Assembly (NCBI RefSeq): GCF_000012905.2
Contig: NC_007493.2
Coordinates: forward strand, 2,040,001-2,072,000
Direction of reading: 5' to 3'
Source of the DNA: Cereibacter sphaeroides 2.4.1
Lineage (GTDB): Bacteria > Pseudomonadota > Alphaproteobacteria > Rhodobacterales > Rhodobacteraceae
DNA length: 32,000 nt
Under the pieces are notes generated by a model, which searched no databases, was not told where the DNA came from, and worked only from the letters and a program-made list of their open reading frames with translations. The number at the start of each line of letters is the position of its first letter. The first letter of the stretch is position 1. Of the stretch, positions 7,214 to 14,764 are shown one piece after another. The position numbers and the translations under genes are program-made.

Positions 7214-7909
7214 CTAGAGCGGCAGCGGCGACACACCCAGCAGGATCGGATGCAGCGCCAGCGCCGCGGCCCACAGCGCCACGACCGCCAGAAGCCGCGG
7301 GAAGAGGTGGTCCTCGTTCTGCTTCAGCCAGTGCGCATCGACCAGCGGGCGCAGCGAGAAGAGCGCGGTGGCCCCGAAGGCCGCGAGCGCCTCGTTGGGC
7401 GTCAGGGCCCGGCGGGCCCGGGCGTCGAACATCGGGATGGCCGCCAGCGAGAGGCCGAAGAAGGTGCCGAACAGGATGACATGCGCCAGATCGCCGTTCG
7501 GAAAAAGATGGGCCGCCGACCAGAGCATCAGCGCAATGAGCAGCGGGTGGCGCGTGATGGCCGCAAAGCCCGGCCGGTCGGGATCGAAAGCCGCGCTGCG
7601 CCGCCCGCCGAGGGTCCAGGGCCAGGGCAGCCCGATCCCCTGCACGACGAGGGTCCAGACCACGGGCGCCGACAAGTTCGGCACCCAGCGCGTGGCAGGC
7701 GTCTGCGGCCAGAGCTCCACGAACGGCGCCCGGCCTGCGGCGAGGATGAGCCAGCCCAGCACGAGGAGCGAGATCGTGCCGTAGAGGGCGAAATAGAGCC
7801 TGCGGCCCAGCAGCGCGATCAGCCGCTCGCGCACGCCGGGGCGCGCGGGCAGCAGGTGCGAGGCGAAGAAGGCCGCCAGCGCCGCCGCAAATTCCAGCCA
7901 GTCCGTCAA
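7214..7909 (-). CDS. nnrU: NnrU-family membrane protein, about 231 aa
   Basis: The protein-like sequence starts at (M)TDWLEFAAALAAFFASHLLPARPGVRERLIALLGRRLYFALYGTISLLVL..., typical of NnrU. The only start here is TTG 7909-7907, which overlaps the stop of the upstream micro-ORF (TTGA). The track ORF extended to 8257 is Arg/Pro-rich and overlaps other coding sequence. Confidence 0.8.
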   Translation of the reverse strand: MTDWLEFAAALAAFFASHLLPARPGVRERLIALLGRRLYFALYGTISLLVLGWLILAAGRAPFVELWPQTPATRWVPNLSAPVVWTLVVQGIGLPWPWTLGGRRSAAFDPDRPGFAAITRHPLLIALMLWSAAHLFPNGDLAHVILFGTFFGLSLAAIPMFDARARRALTPNEALAAFGATALFSLRPLVDAHWLKQNEDHLFPRLLAVVALWAAALALHPILLGVSPLPL

Positions 7910-8127
7910 ACCTGCGACTCCGCCTGTTCCATGAGCCGCACGATGTGGGCCGAGAAGAGGCGCGTAGCAGGCAGGCCGAGGGCGAGCCCGCCCAGCACCG
8001 ACCATGCAGGCGGCAGGACCGGCAGTCCCACCCACGACAGGATCAGCGAGGCGAAGAACAGGTTCACCGCCGCAGCCCCCGCTCCGAACGGGTAGAGCAG
8101 GAGCGTGACCCGATTCCGGCGGGTCAT
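7906..8127 (-). CDS. Small two-helix membrane protein, 73 aa, translationally coupled in the nor operon (possibly the nnrT described downstream of norD)
   Basis: ATG 8127 overlaps the stop of the preceding micro-ORF (ATGA). Sequence: MTRRNRVTLLLYPFGAGAAAVNLFFASLILSWVGLPVLPPAWSVLGGLALGLPATRLFSAHIVRLMEQAESQV, with two hydrophobic spans. Its stop overlaps the nnrU TTG start. Confidence 0.6.
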   Translation of the reverse strand: MTRRNRVTLLLYPFGAGAAAVNLFFASLILSWVGLPVLPPAWSVLGGLALGLPATRLFSAHIVRLMEQAESQV

Positions 8128-8297
8128 CGGCGCTGCACCATCCATTGCACGGCGGCGAGCGCCGCCACGAAGCAGCCCGCGGCCACGGCGAACCAGACTT
8201 CCGCCGTGGCGGTCTGAGCAGCCGGGGTCGGCGGCTCGAAGGTCGCGGCCAAGGCAATCCCGGGCACGAGGATCAGGAAGGGCAGCAGCAGTCGCAT
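8124..8297 (-). CDS. Micro-ORF, 57 aa, with a signal-peptide-like N-terminus and a C-terminal hydrophobic anchor
   Basis: ATG 8297 lies 1 nt after the norD TGA (8299-8301), with AGGAGA about 8 nt upstream. Sequence: MRLLLPFLILVPGIALAATFEPPTPAAQTATAEVWFAVAAGCFVAALAAVQWMVQRR. The track version (to 8423) is an artefactual extension into norD. Confidence 0.55.
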   Translation of the reverse strand: MRLLLPFLILVPGIALAATFEPPTPAAQTATAEVWFAVAAGCFVAALAAVQWMVQRR

Positions 8298-8298
8298 C

Positions 8299-10173
8299 TC
8301 AGATCTCCTGGGTGAGGGAACGGTAAAGGTCGGGGAGCGCCCGGGCAAGGCGGGCGGGTTCGGGCAAGAGCGTGAAGCCCGCGCGGCCGAAGATGCGGGC
8401 GAACCAGTCCTGCCCGTCGGCATCGATCACCACGCCATGCACCGCCTGCGACAGGGCGCGGGCCTCGCGGACGGCCATGCGGCTGTCCTCGATCCCGTGC
8501 ACGCCCTCGTAATGGTCGAGATCGTTGGGCTTGCCGTCGGTCAGGACCAGAAGGAGCTTGCGGCTCGCCGCCTCCTCGTTCAGCCGCGCCGAGGCATGGC
8601 GGATGGCCGCACCGAGGCGGGTGTAGTGGCCGGGCCTGAGCCCGCCGATGCGGGCCGTGACCGCAGGCCCCATCGGCTCGTCGAACCGCTTGCAGAGATG
8701 CAGGAACACCCGGTCGCGCCGGAGTGAGGAGAAGCCCCAGATCGCCTGCCGGTCGCCCGCCACGTCGATGCCCGCGGCAAGCGCCGCCAGCGCCTCGCGT
8801 GCCGTGTCGATCACCGTGCGCTCGCCCACAGAGGCCTCGGTCGAGCGCGAGCAATCCATCAGGATCGCGACCGCGAGGTCGCGCTCGAGCGCGCGGGAGC
8901 TCCGGTAGATCCGGTCGGTGCCGCGGCCGGTGGTGCGGAGCGCCACCTGCGCCTCGATCAGCGCGTCGAGGTCGAGCTCCGCCCCCTCGACCTGACGATT
9001 GCAGAGCACGCGGCGCGGATGCAGCGTCTCGAACTGCCGCCGGACCCGCGCGGTCAGCCGCGGATCTGGACAGAAGCCCTGCCCCGCCTCGGCCGGCGCT
9101 TCCAGCACGCGGGTATGGTCCGGCATCAGGCTGCGCGAACGGTGGTTCCACTCCGGATAGGTGAAGCGGTCCGACAGGCGCTCGTGCTCGGCATCCTGCG
9201 GCGCGAGATCGAGATGCAGCCGCAGCCGGCTCGCCGCGCGCTTGACGTGCTTGGTGAGGGTGATCCGATCCTGATCCTCGGCCGCCTTCTGCGCATTCTC
9301 CTGATCGTCGTCATCCGTCGCGCGGTTGAGGTTCAGGCTCTCGACCCAGCTCAGGATCGCCTCGAAACGGTGGACGATGAAACTGTCCTTGCGGTTCGCC
9401 TGATCGAGGTCGCGCCGCTCGCCCATCTTGCGGGTGGCGGTCGGCAGGCCCGAAGGGGCCTGCGTCTCCTCGGGGGCATCGGCCGCACCCTGCCCCGTGC
9501 CGCGCCCCAGCCGCAGCCAGAGCGGGACAGGGGCGAAGGGCCTGTAGCCGCGCGGCTGGTGGTGGGCCACGGCGCGTGTCGCTGCCGGGCCTCCGAGGGC
9601 CGCCCGCACCCGCGCCTCGACCGAGGCTTCGATCCCGAAGGCCGCATGGGTCTCGCGCGAGGCCAGCAGATGGGCTGCCAGCCGACCGTAGATCGCAGCA
9701 AGGCCCGGGGCCGTCTTCAGCACCCGCGCCGTCGCGGCCTTCATCGCGGCGATCTGCGCCAGATCGGCGGCCAGCGCATCCTCGGCCTCGGGGATCTCCA
9801 CCTTCGCGGCCAGCGCCGCCAGCCAGAGATAGGCCGCCCGGTTCAGATCCGCCGACGGGAAGGTGTCGAGCACGGCCGGCAGCCGCAGCCGCTCGCCGTC
9901 GAAGCTCGCCACCTGCTCGAGGATCCGCGTCTCGCCGAGAACCGAGCCGAGGCTGCGGCGGTGGAGCGCCGCCGTGGCGGGGCTCGCGCCGATCTCGACG
10001 CCCAAGGGCCCGCCCAGCGCGCGGAAGAGGACCGCCACGCTCGGCCGCATCGCCTCGAGGGGCACCGCCGCCCCCGCGTGGCCGCGGGTGGCGGCAAAGC
10101 GGCTTGCGTAATCGTGCCAGAGGTTGCCCACGGTTTCCTCGGGCTCCATCAGATCGAGCAGGTGGAAGCTCAT
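8299..10173 (-). CDS. norD: NorD, von Willebrand factor A-domain accessory protein of nitric-oxide reductase, 624 aa
   Basis: ATG 10173 (MSFHLLDLMEPEETVGNLWHDY...) lies 4 nt after the norQ stop. The C-terminal VWA domain has a MIDAS-like ILMDCSRSTEA. Position after norQ. Confidence 0.9.
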   Translation of the reverse strand: MSFHLLDLMEPEETVGNLWHDYASRFAATRGHAGAAVPLEAMRPSVAVLFRALGGPLGVEIGASPATAALHRRSLGSVLGETRILEQVASFDGERLRLPAVLDTFPSADLNRAAYLWLAALAAKVEIPEAEDALAADLAQIAAMKAATARVLKTAPGLAAIYGRLAAHLLASRETHAAFGIEASVEARVRAALGGPAATRAVAHHQPRGYRPFAPVPLWLRLGRGTGQGAADAPEETQAPSGLPTATRKMGERRDLDQANRKDSFIVHRFEAILSWVESLNLNRATDDDDQENAQKAAEDQDRITLTKHVKRAASRLRLHLDLAPQDAEHERLSDRFTYPEWNHRSRSLMPDHTRVLEAPAEAGQGFCPDPRLTARVRRQFETLHPRRVLCNRQVEGAELDLDALIEAQVALRTTGRGTDRIYRSSRALERDLAVAILMDCSRSTEASVGERTVIDTAREALAALAAGIDVAGDRQAIWGFSSLRRDRVFLHLCKRFDEPMGPAVTARIGGLRPGHYTRLGAAIRHASARLNEEAASRKLLLVLTDGKPNDLDHYEGVHGIEDSRMAVREARALSQAVHGVVIDADGQDWFARIFGRAGFTLLPEPARLARALPDLYRSLTQEI

Positions 10174-10177
10174 GGTG

Positions 10178-10975
10178 TCACCCGTAGACCGTAGCGATGA
10201 GGTCGCGCAGCGCCTGCGCGACATCGGGCTCGTCCGTCAGAGGCTCGATCACCGCCGCCTCGAGCGCCGCCTCGATGCTCATGCCCCCTGCCATCAGCGA
10301 GGCCGCATAGACCAGAAGCCGGGTCGAGACCCCCTCCTCGAGATCCATCCCCGACAGCGCCCGGACATGGCCCGCCAGCCGCACGAGCGGGGCGACCTTC
10401 GCCTCGGAGAGGCCGCTTTCGCGAGCCACGACCGCGGTTTCGGTCACGGGATCCGGGAAGGTGAAGCCGATCGACAGGAACCGCTGCCGGGTCGAGGGCT
10501 TCAGGCGCTTGAGGATGTTCTGGTAGCCCGGGTTGTAGGAGGCCACCAGCATGAAGCCCGGCGGCGCCACCAGCTCTTCGCCGGTGCGGTCGATCATCAG
10601 CGTGCGGCGGTTGTCGGTCAGCGGATGGAGCACCACGGTCACGTCCTTGCGCGCCTCCACCACCTCGTCGAGATAGCAGATCGCGCCCTCGCGGACGGCC
10701 CGCGTCAGCGGCCCGTCGACCCATTCGGTGGCGCCCCCCTTCAGCAGGTAGCGCCCGATCAGGTCCGCCGCCGACAGATCGTCGTGGCAGGCCACCGTAT
10801 AGAGCTTCCGCCCCATCCGTGCCGCCATATGCTCGACGAACCGGGTCTTGCCGCAGCCGGTCGGCCCTTTCAGAAGAAGGGGCAGACCTTTCCGGGAGGC
10901 AGCCTCGAAGAGGCTGCACTCGTTGGAGACGGGCTTGTAGAAGGGCACCGCCATGTCATGGAGGATCGCGTTCAT
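10178..10975 (-). CDS. norQ: NorQ, MoxR-type AAA+ ATPase for Nor maturation, 265 aa
   Basis: ATG 10975 overlaps the norB stop (ATGA). Sequence begins MNAILHDMAVPFYKPVSNE..., with Walker A GPTGCGKT and Walker B ICYLDEV. The track ORF extended to 11842 is an off-frame run through norB. Confidence 0.93.
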   Translation of the reverse strand: MNAILHDMAVPFYKPVSNECSLFEAASRKGLPLLLKGPTGCGKTRFVEHMAARMGRKLYTVACHDDLSAADLIGRYLLKGGATEWVDGPLTRAVREGAICYLDEVVEARKDVTVVLHPLTDNRRTLMIDRTGEELVAPPGFMLVASYNPGYQNILKRLKPSTRQRFLSIGFTFPDPVTETAVVARESGLSEAKVAPLVRLAGHVRALSGMDLEEGVSTRLLVYAASLMAGGMSIEAALEAAVIEPLTDEPDVAQALRDLIATVYG

Positions 10976-12312
10976 GCCGCTTCTCCCGCGACTTTGCCGA
11001 CCGGCGCTCCGCGGCGCACGACGGCGAGGCTGTAGATGAAGAGGAGCGCCCCCGCGACCACCATGGCGCCCGCCCCGAAGCGCATCGCGTAGAAGAGGCC
11101 GAGCTGGTCCTGCACATCCATGTAGTATTCGCCCATGACGCGCTGCAGATGGACCTGGATCGTGCCTGCGAAGGTCAGCACGAAGGTCATGAAGGACATG
11201 CCGCCCGTCATCAGCCAGAAGGCCGTCATGTTGAGCCACTGGTTGTAGGGCGCCCGTCCGCGCAGCATCGGCATCGCATAGGTGAACATGGCGAGGTTCA
11301 GCGCGACATAGGCGCCGTAGAAGGCGAGGTGGCCGTGGGCAGCGGTGATCTGCGTGCCGTGGGTGTAGTAGTTCACCCCGTGGAGCGTGTGCAGGAAGCC
11401 CCAGACGCCCGCGCCGAAGAAGGCCACCGTCGAGGCCCCGAGCGACCACAGGAGCGCGGCCTTGTTCGGGTGGTTCTTGCGGCCCTTCCAGACCATCACG
11501 AAGGCGAAGGACATCATCGCGAAGAAGGGGACCACTTCCATGGTCGAGAAGATCGAGCCGATCCACTGCCAGTAGGCCGGCAGACCGATCCAGTAGAAAT
11601 GGTGCCCGGTGCCGAGGATGCCCGAGAAGAGCGCGGTGGCCACGATCACATAGAGCCATTTCTCGACCACTTCCCGGTCGACGCCCGTCAGCTTCAGCAT
11701 CAGGTAGCCGAGGATGGCCGCCATCACCAGCTCCCAGGTGCCCTCGACCCAGAGGTGGACGATGAACCACCAGTACATCTTGTCGAGCCCGAGATTGTCG
11801 GGGTTGATGAAGGCGAAGATCCACAGGAGCGACAGGAGCCACAGGCCCATCAGCAGGATGTTGGTGATCGCGGTCCGCCGCCCGGCCAGCACCGTGAGCG
11901 AGATATTCACGAGGAAGATCACCGCCGCCACGAGGATGCCGAACTTGACCCAGAGCGGCTGTTCGAGGAACTCGCGCCCGCCGTGGATGCCCACGAGATA
12001 GCTCACCACCGCGCCGAGCGTGCCTATGACGAGGATGCCCAGCTGCAGATAGGCGAGCTTGGTCGAGAAAAGCTCGCGCTCGGCTTCCTCGGGCACGAGG
12101 AAATAGGCCGCGCCGAAGAAGCCCAAGAGCAGCCAGACGATGAGCGCATTGGTGTGGATCATCCGCACCACGTTGAAGGGCAGCACCTCGGAGAGGGTGT
12201 TGGGCGAGACATAGATCCAGCCCGCGAGCAGCCCCCCGAGCACCTGGATGGCAAAGAGAGCCATCGCCACGCTGAAATAGGCCAGCGCCACCTTTTGCGA
12301 TTGATATTTCAT
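10972..12312 (-). CDS. norB: Nitric-oxide reductase large subunit (cytochrome b), 446 aa
   Basis: MKYQSQKVALAYFSVAMALFAIQVLGGLLAGWIYVSPNTLSEVLPFNVVRMIHTN... is a 12-TM heme-copper-oxidase-like protein. It lies 13 nt after norC. Confidence 0.97.
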   Translation of the reverse strand: MKYQSQKVALAYFSVAMALFAIQVLGGLLAGWIYVSPNTLSEVLPFNVVRMIHTNALIVWLLLGFFGAAYFLVPEEAERELFSTKLAYLQLGILVIGTLGAVVSYLVGIHGGREFLEQPLWVKFGILVAAVIFLVNISLTVLAGRRTAITNILLMGLWLLSLLWIFAFINPDNLGLDKMYWWFIVHLWVEGTWELVMAAILGYLMLKLTGVDREVVEKWLYVIVATALFSGILGTGHHFYWIGLPAYWQWIGSIFSTMEVVPFFAMMSFAFVMVWKGRKNHPNKAALLWSLGASTVAFFGAGVWGFLHTLHGVNYYTHGTQITAAHGHLAFYGAYVALNLAMFTYAMPMLRGRAPYNQWLNMTAFWLMTGGMSFMTFVLTFAGTIQVHLQRVMGEYYMDVQDQLGLFYAMRFGAGAMVVAGALLFIYSLAVVRRGAPVGKVAGEAA

Positions 12313-12325
12313 GATGCGGTCCCCC

Positions 12326-12778
12326 TCAGCCGGCGTCGTTCGGCGGCCAGGATTGCGTGTTCATCTTGTCGGCCCAGCGCAGGAACTCCGACAGCCCGCG
12401 CTTCTCCTCGTCGGTCAGCGCGAAATGCGGCATCTGCCGGCGCCCCTCGATCCCGGAGGGCTGCGCGTCGATCCAGCCGCCCAGCATCTCGGCCGCGGCA
12501 TCGGGATCGTCGAGCACGCCCCAGCGGGTCATCACATTGCCCACCTCGGGCGCGAAATAGGCGCCCTCGCCGTGGAGCGTGTGGCAGTTGATGCAGCTGT
12601 TCCTCTCCCAGACCTCCTTGCCGAGCCGCACCTCGTCGGTGAGCGGCATCGAGGTGGTGGAGCGCGAGACCACGTAGCTGTGGCTCTGGACCGTCAGGCC
12701 CACGAAGACGGCTATGAAGAACAGAGATCCCCCATAGAACACGTTCCGGGCCCGCGATTTCGTGAGGATTTCCGACAT
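12326..12778 (-). CDS. norC: Nitric-oxide reductase small subunit (membrane-anchored cytochrome c), 150 aa
   Basis: MSEILTKSRARNVFYGGSLFFIAVFVGLTV... has a single N-terminal anchor and heme-c motif CINCH. It is the first gene of the operon, downstream of an NnrR box. Confidence 0.96.
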   Translation of the reverse strand: MSEILTKSRARNVFYGGSLFFIAVFVGLTVQSHSYVVSRSTTSMPLTDEVRLGKEVWERNSCINCHTLHGEGAYFAPEVGNVMTRWGVLDDPDAAAEMLGGWIDAQPSGIEGRRQMPHFALTDEEKRGLSEFLRWADKMNTQSWPPNDAG

Positions 12779-12840
12779 GGGAGGGTCCTGGCGAATGGTT
12801 TCGGGTGGGGACGGTCTAGCCGCGCCCGCCGCGGACGAAG

Positions 12841-12854
12841 TTGCGGGATCGCAA
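12841..12854. promoter_or_regulatory. NnrR (Crp/Fnr-family, NO-responsive) binding site, perfect palindrome TTGCG-GGAT-CGCAA
   Basis: Exact match to TTGCG-N4-CGCAA. The centre is about 70 nt from the norC ATG (12778, minus) and about 80 nt from the divergent ATG at 12928 (plus). Confidence 0.8.
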
Positions 12855-12927
12855 CGAAGCGGGCGATTGGCCGGCGTTATCTCTCCCCATCAGCCGCCGG
12901 GGCCCTCCCGGCCGGATGGAGGTCCCC

Positions 12928-13134
12928 ATGAAGCCCGACCCCGACGATCCCGACCTGCCGCTCGCGCGGCTGCTCCAGACCTGGCCCGCCTCGGCCGGGG
13001 TCTTTCTCGAACGGCGGATGCTCTGCCCCGGCTGCCCGATCGCGCCCTTTCACACGGTGATCGAGGCCTGCGCCGAATACGGGCTCGACGAAGGCGAGGT
13101 CCGCCGCGCCCTGCGCCTCGTTGTCATGCCTTGA
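12928..13134 (+). CDS. Small DUF1858-type (hybrid-cluster-protein-associated redox-disulfide-like) protein, 68 aa
   Basis: ATG 12928 is preceded by GGAGG (12918-12922). Sequence: MKPDPDDPDLPLARLLQTWPASAGVFLERRMLCPGCPIAPFHTVIEACAEYGLDEGEVRRAL..., showing the family pattern P..vF....m.C.GCp......eAc..hG.d. Family recognition is from memory. Confidence 0.75.
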   Translation: MKPDPDDPDLPLARLLQTWPASAGVFLERRMLCPGCPIAPFHTVIEACAEYGLDEGEVRRALRLVVMP

Positions 13135-13307
13135 TTTTCACGCCCTGAGGGGCTATGCGGCGCATCACGGTCGGCAGTTCACCGAGGCGTCGCTGCCCCT
13201 TCCCGGGGAGCTAGACCTGCCAGAAGATCCACGGCACCCCTTGTCCTTCGTGCCGCGTCGAAAGCCAGCGACCATCGACCCCGATCCGGCACGTCCGAGG
13301 ATGAGTC

Positions 13308-13844
13308 ATGTCCCGCACTGCCTTTCCCTTCGCCTCGAAGGATGTCTCCGCTCTGGCCCGCGCGCTGCACCGCGATCTCGCGGCGCGTCCGGGCACGCCC
13401 TCGCATCTCGAGCTTCTGAACATGCTCGCGCGCGCCACGGGCTTTCGCAACTTCCAGCATCTGCGCGCCGATGCCACCGCCGCCGGCCGGCTCGAGGCGC
13501 CGCCCGCGCCCGAGCAGCCGGTCGATCACACCCGCGTCGCCCGCGTGGCGCGGCTCTTCGATGCCGAGGGCGCGCTCGTCCGCTGGCCGGGGCGCGAGTG
13601 GCAGCGCCTCCTCTGCCTCTGGGTCTTCTGGAGCCGGCTGCCGGCCGGCCTCGAGATGGCCGAGCGCGAGGTCAACGAGCGCCTGACCGCCCTGCATCGC
13701 TTCGGCGATGCGGCGCTCCTGCGGCGCGAGCTGTTCGACCGCGGCATGGTGACGCGGCGCCCCGACGGCAGCGGCTATCGCCGGATCGAACAGCGCCCGC
13801 CGGTTGATGCCCTTGCCCTGATCCGCTGGCTCGGCCGCGGCTGA
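13308..13844 (+). CDS. Hypothetical two-domain protein with a C-terminal DUF2087 domain, 178 aa
   Basis: ATG 13308 is preceded by GAGGA. The C-terminal part WPGREWQRLLCLWVFWSRLPAGLEMAEREVNERLTALHRFGDAALLRRELFDRGMVTRRPDGSGYRR fits the DUF2087 pattern (E.EVN..L....D.a.LRReL). The N-terminal part has a recurrent helical motif (SHLELLNMLARATGFRNFQHL). Confidence 0.75.
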   Translation: MSRTAFPFASKDVSALARALHRDLAARPGTPSHLELLNMLARATGFRNFQHLRADATAAGRLEAPPAPEQPVDHTRVARVARLFDAEGALVRWPGREWQRLLCLWVFWSRLPAGLEMAEREVNERLTALHRFGDAALLRRELFDRGMVTRRPDGSGYRRIEQRPPVDALALIRWLGRG

Positions 13845-13851
13845 GGGCCGC

Positions 13852-14553
13852 TCACCCCTGCCCCGACGCCCCGCTGAGCACGACGAGCCGGTGGGGCGCC
13901 GTCACCACGATGCGCCGCCGCGCGCTTTCCACGATCCCCTCGCGCTCCCACGCCGAGAGGAGCCGCGAGACCGTGTGCAGCGTCGTGCCCGTCATCTCCG
14001 AGATGTTCTGCCGCGTGATCGGGAACGAGATCTCGATGCCCGCCTCGACCTTGCGGCCCGACTGGTTGACGAGGCGCAGGAGGCAGGCGGCCACCCGCTG
14101 CTCGACCTGCTGCGTGGCCAGCTCGGTGATGCGGTTCTGCATCTCGCCCAGCCGCGCTCCCAGTGTGCGATAGCTCTCGGTGGCAAAGCCCGGATAGTTC
14201 GCGGTGAAGTCGGCCCAGAGCCGCACCGGCCACGAGAGCGTCACGCAGTCCGCCGCGGCCACCGCCGTCGCGGGATAGGTATCGCGCGCAAGTGCCGGCG
14301 CGATCCCGAAGAGCTGGCCCGGCCCGATATGGAGCGCGATGATCTGCTCGCCCGTGGGCGTCGTCCTCACCACCCGGATGGTGCCGTCGAGCAGGAGGTA
14401 GAACCGCTCGGCCGCCATGCCCTCGCCGAAGACCGTCGTCCCCTCGTCGTAGCGGCGCGGCGCAGCCTGATCGAGAATCGTCCGGATCTGCGGACGGTCC
14501 AGCCGCGAGAAGGGCGGCAGCTTGGTCAGAAGGCTTTCGTCGAGCTTGTTCAC
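13852..14553 (-). CDS. nnrR: Crp/Fnr-family NO-responsive transcriptional activator, about 233 aa
   Basis: There is no ATG near the N-terminus. GTG 14553 gives (M)NKLDESLLTKLPPFSRLDRPQIRTILDQA... (cNMP-binding-like fold), with C-terminal HTH RQNISEMTGTTLHTVSRLLSAWEREGIV. It lacks the N-terminal Cys cluster of Fnr proper. It lies between nor and nnrS, as described for R. sphaeroides nnrR. The start codon is uncertain. Confidence 0.85.
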   Translation of the reverse strand: MNKLDESLLTKLPPFSRLDRPQIRTILDQAAPRRYDEGTTVFGEGMAAERFYLLLDGTIRVVRTTPTGEQIIALHIGPGQLFGIAPALARDTYPATAVAAADCVTLSWPVRLWADFTANYPGFATESYRTLGARLGEMQNRITELATQQVEQRVAACLLRLVNQSGRKVEAGIEISFPITRQNISEMTGTTLHTVSRLLSAWEREGIVESARRRIVVTAPHRLVVLSGASGQG

Positions 14554-14569
14554 GAACCCGGTCCCGAAT

Positions 14570-14583
14570 TTGCGGCAGCACAA
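14570..14583. promoter_or_regulatory. Candidate NnrR/Fnr-type box TTGCG-GCAG-CACAA in the nnrR-nnrS divergent region
   Basis: 9 of 10 match to TTGCG-N4-CGCAA. It lies 17 nt upstream of the proposed nnrR GTG and about 188 nt upstream of the nnrS ATG. Confidence 0.45.
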
Positions 14584-14764
14584 TGAGAGACTGCCGTTCC
14601 TGGGGCAAGAGAGGACAGACGGACCAGATCGGGCATCGCGTCCCGCAAGCAGAGCCTGACCGTCGCACCAGCAATCCAACCGGCCTCCCGCGTCCCGGAG
14701 GGCCGGCACCTCGGAGGGCGGCGACACAGAGCCGCCGTCCTCTCATTGCACGAGGAGGCGGCCG

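Noticed and set aside
5746-7479. 577-aa plus-strand ORF antisense to hemZ and nnrU
   Set aside because: Arg/Gly/Asp-rich with no domain signatures. It spans an intergenic region and two real genes on the other strand.
7910-8257. 116-aa N-terminal extension of nnrU in the track ORF
   Set aside because: Arg/Pro-rich and overlaps two better-supported coupled micro-ORFs. NnrU-like sequence begins exactly at the TTG at 7909.
8298-8423. N-terminal extension of the 57-aa micro-ORF into norD
   Set aside because: It overlaps the norD 3' end out of frame. An internal ATG at 8297 has a good Shine-Dalgarno sequence and sits 1 nt after the norD stop.
10976-11842. Extension of norQ through norB; similarly the extension of bcsB (21558-22700) through bcsA
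   Set aside because: These are off-frame open runs inside confidently identified genes. The true starts form ATGA overlaps with the upstream stop codons.
10819-12591. 590-aa plus-strand ORF antisense to norQ/norB/norC
   Set aside because: His/Glu/Arg-rich nonsense opposite unmistakable NorB and NorC sequences.
12841-12927. Track start (TTG 12841) of the DUF1858-type ORF
   Set aside because: That TTG is the first triplet of the NnrR palindrome itself. ATG 12928, with a GGAGG Shine-Dalgarno sequence, gives a 68-aa protein of the usual size for this family.
13121-13807. 228-aa plus-strand ORF overlapping the DUF2087 gene, and the minus-strand ORFs 13179-13697 and 13211-13477
   Set aside because: Arg/Ala/Pro-rich alternative frames. 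The 13308-13844 frame carries the recognisable DUF2087 pattern and a good Shine-Dalgarno sequence.
14581-14749. 9-nt inverted repeat CAATGAGAG (14581-14589) / CTCTCATTG (14741-14749), 150 nt apart, in the nnrR-nnrS intergenic region
   Set aside because: It is short and widely separated, so it could pair only as a long-range leader structure. There is no supporting evidence, so I did not call it as a feature.
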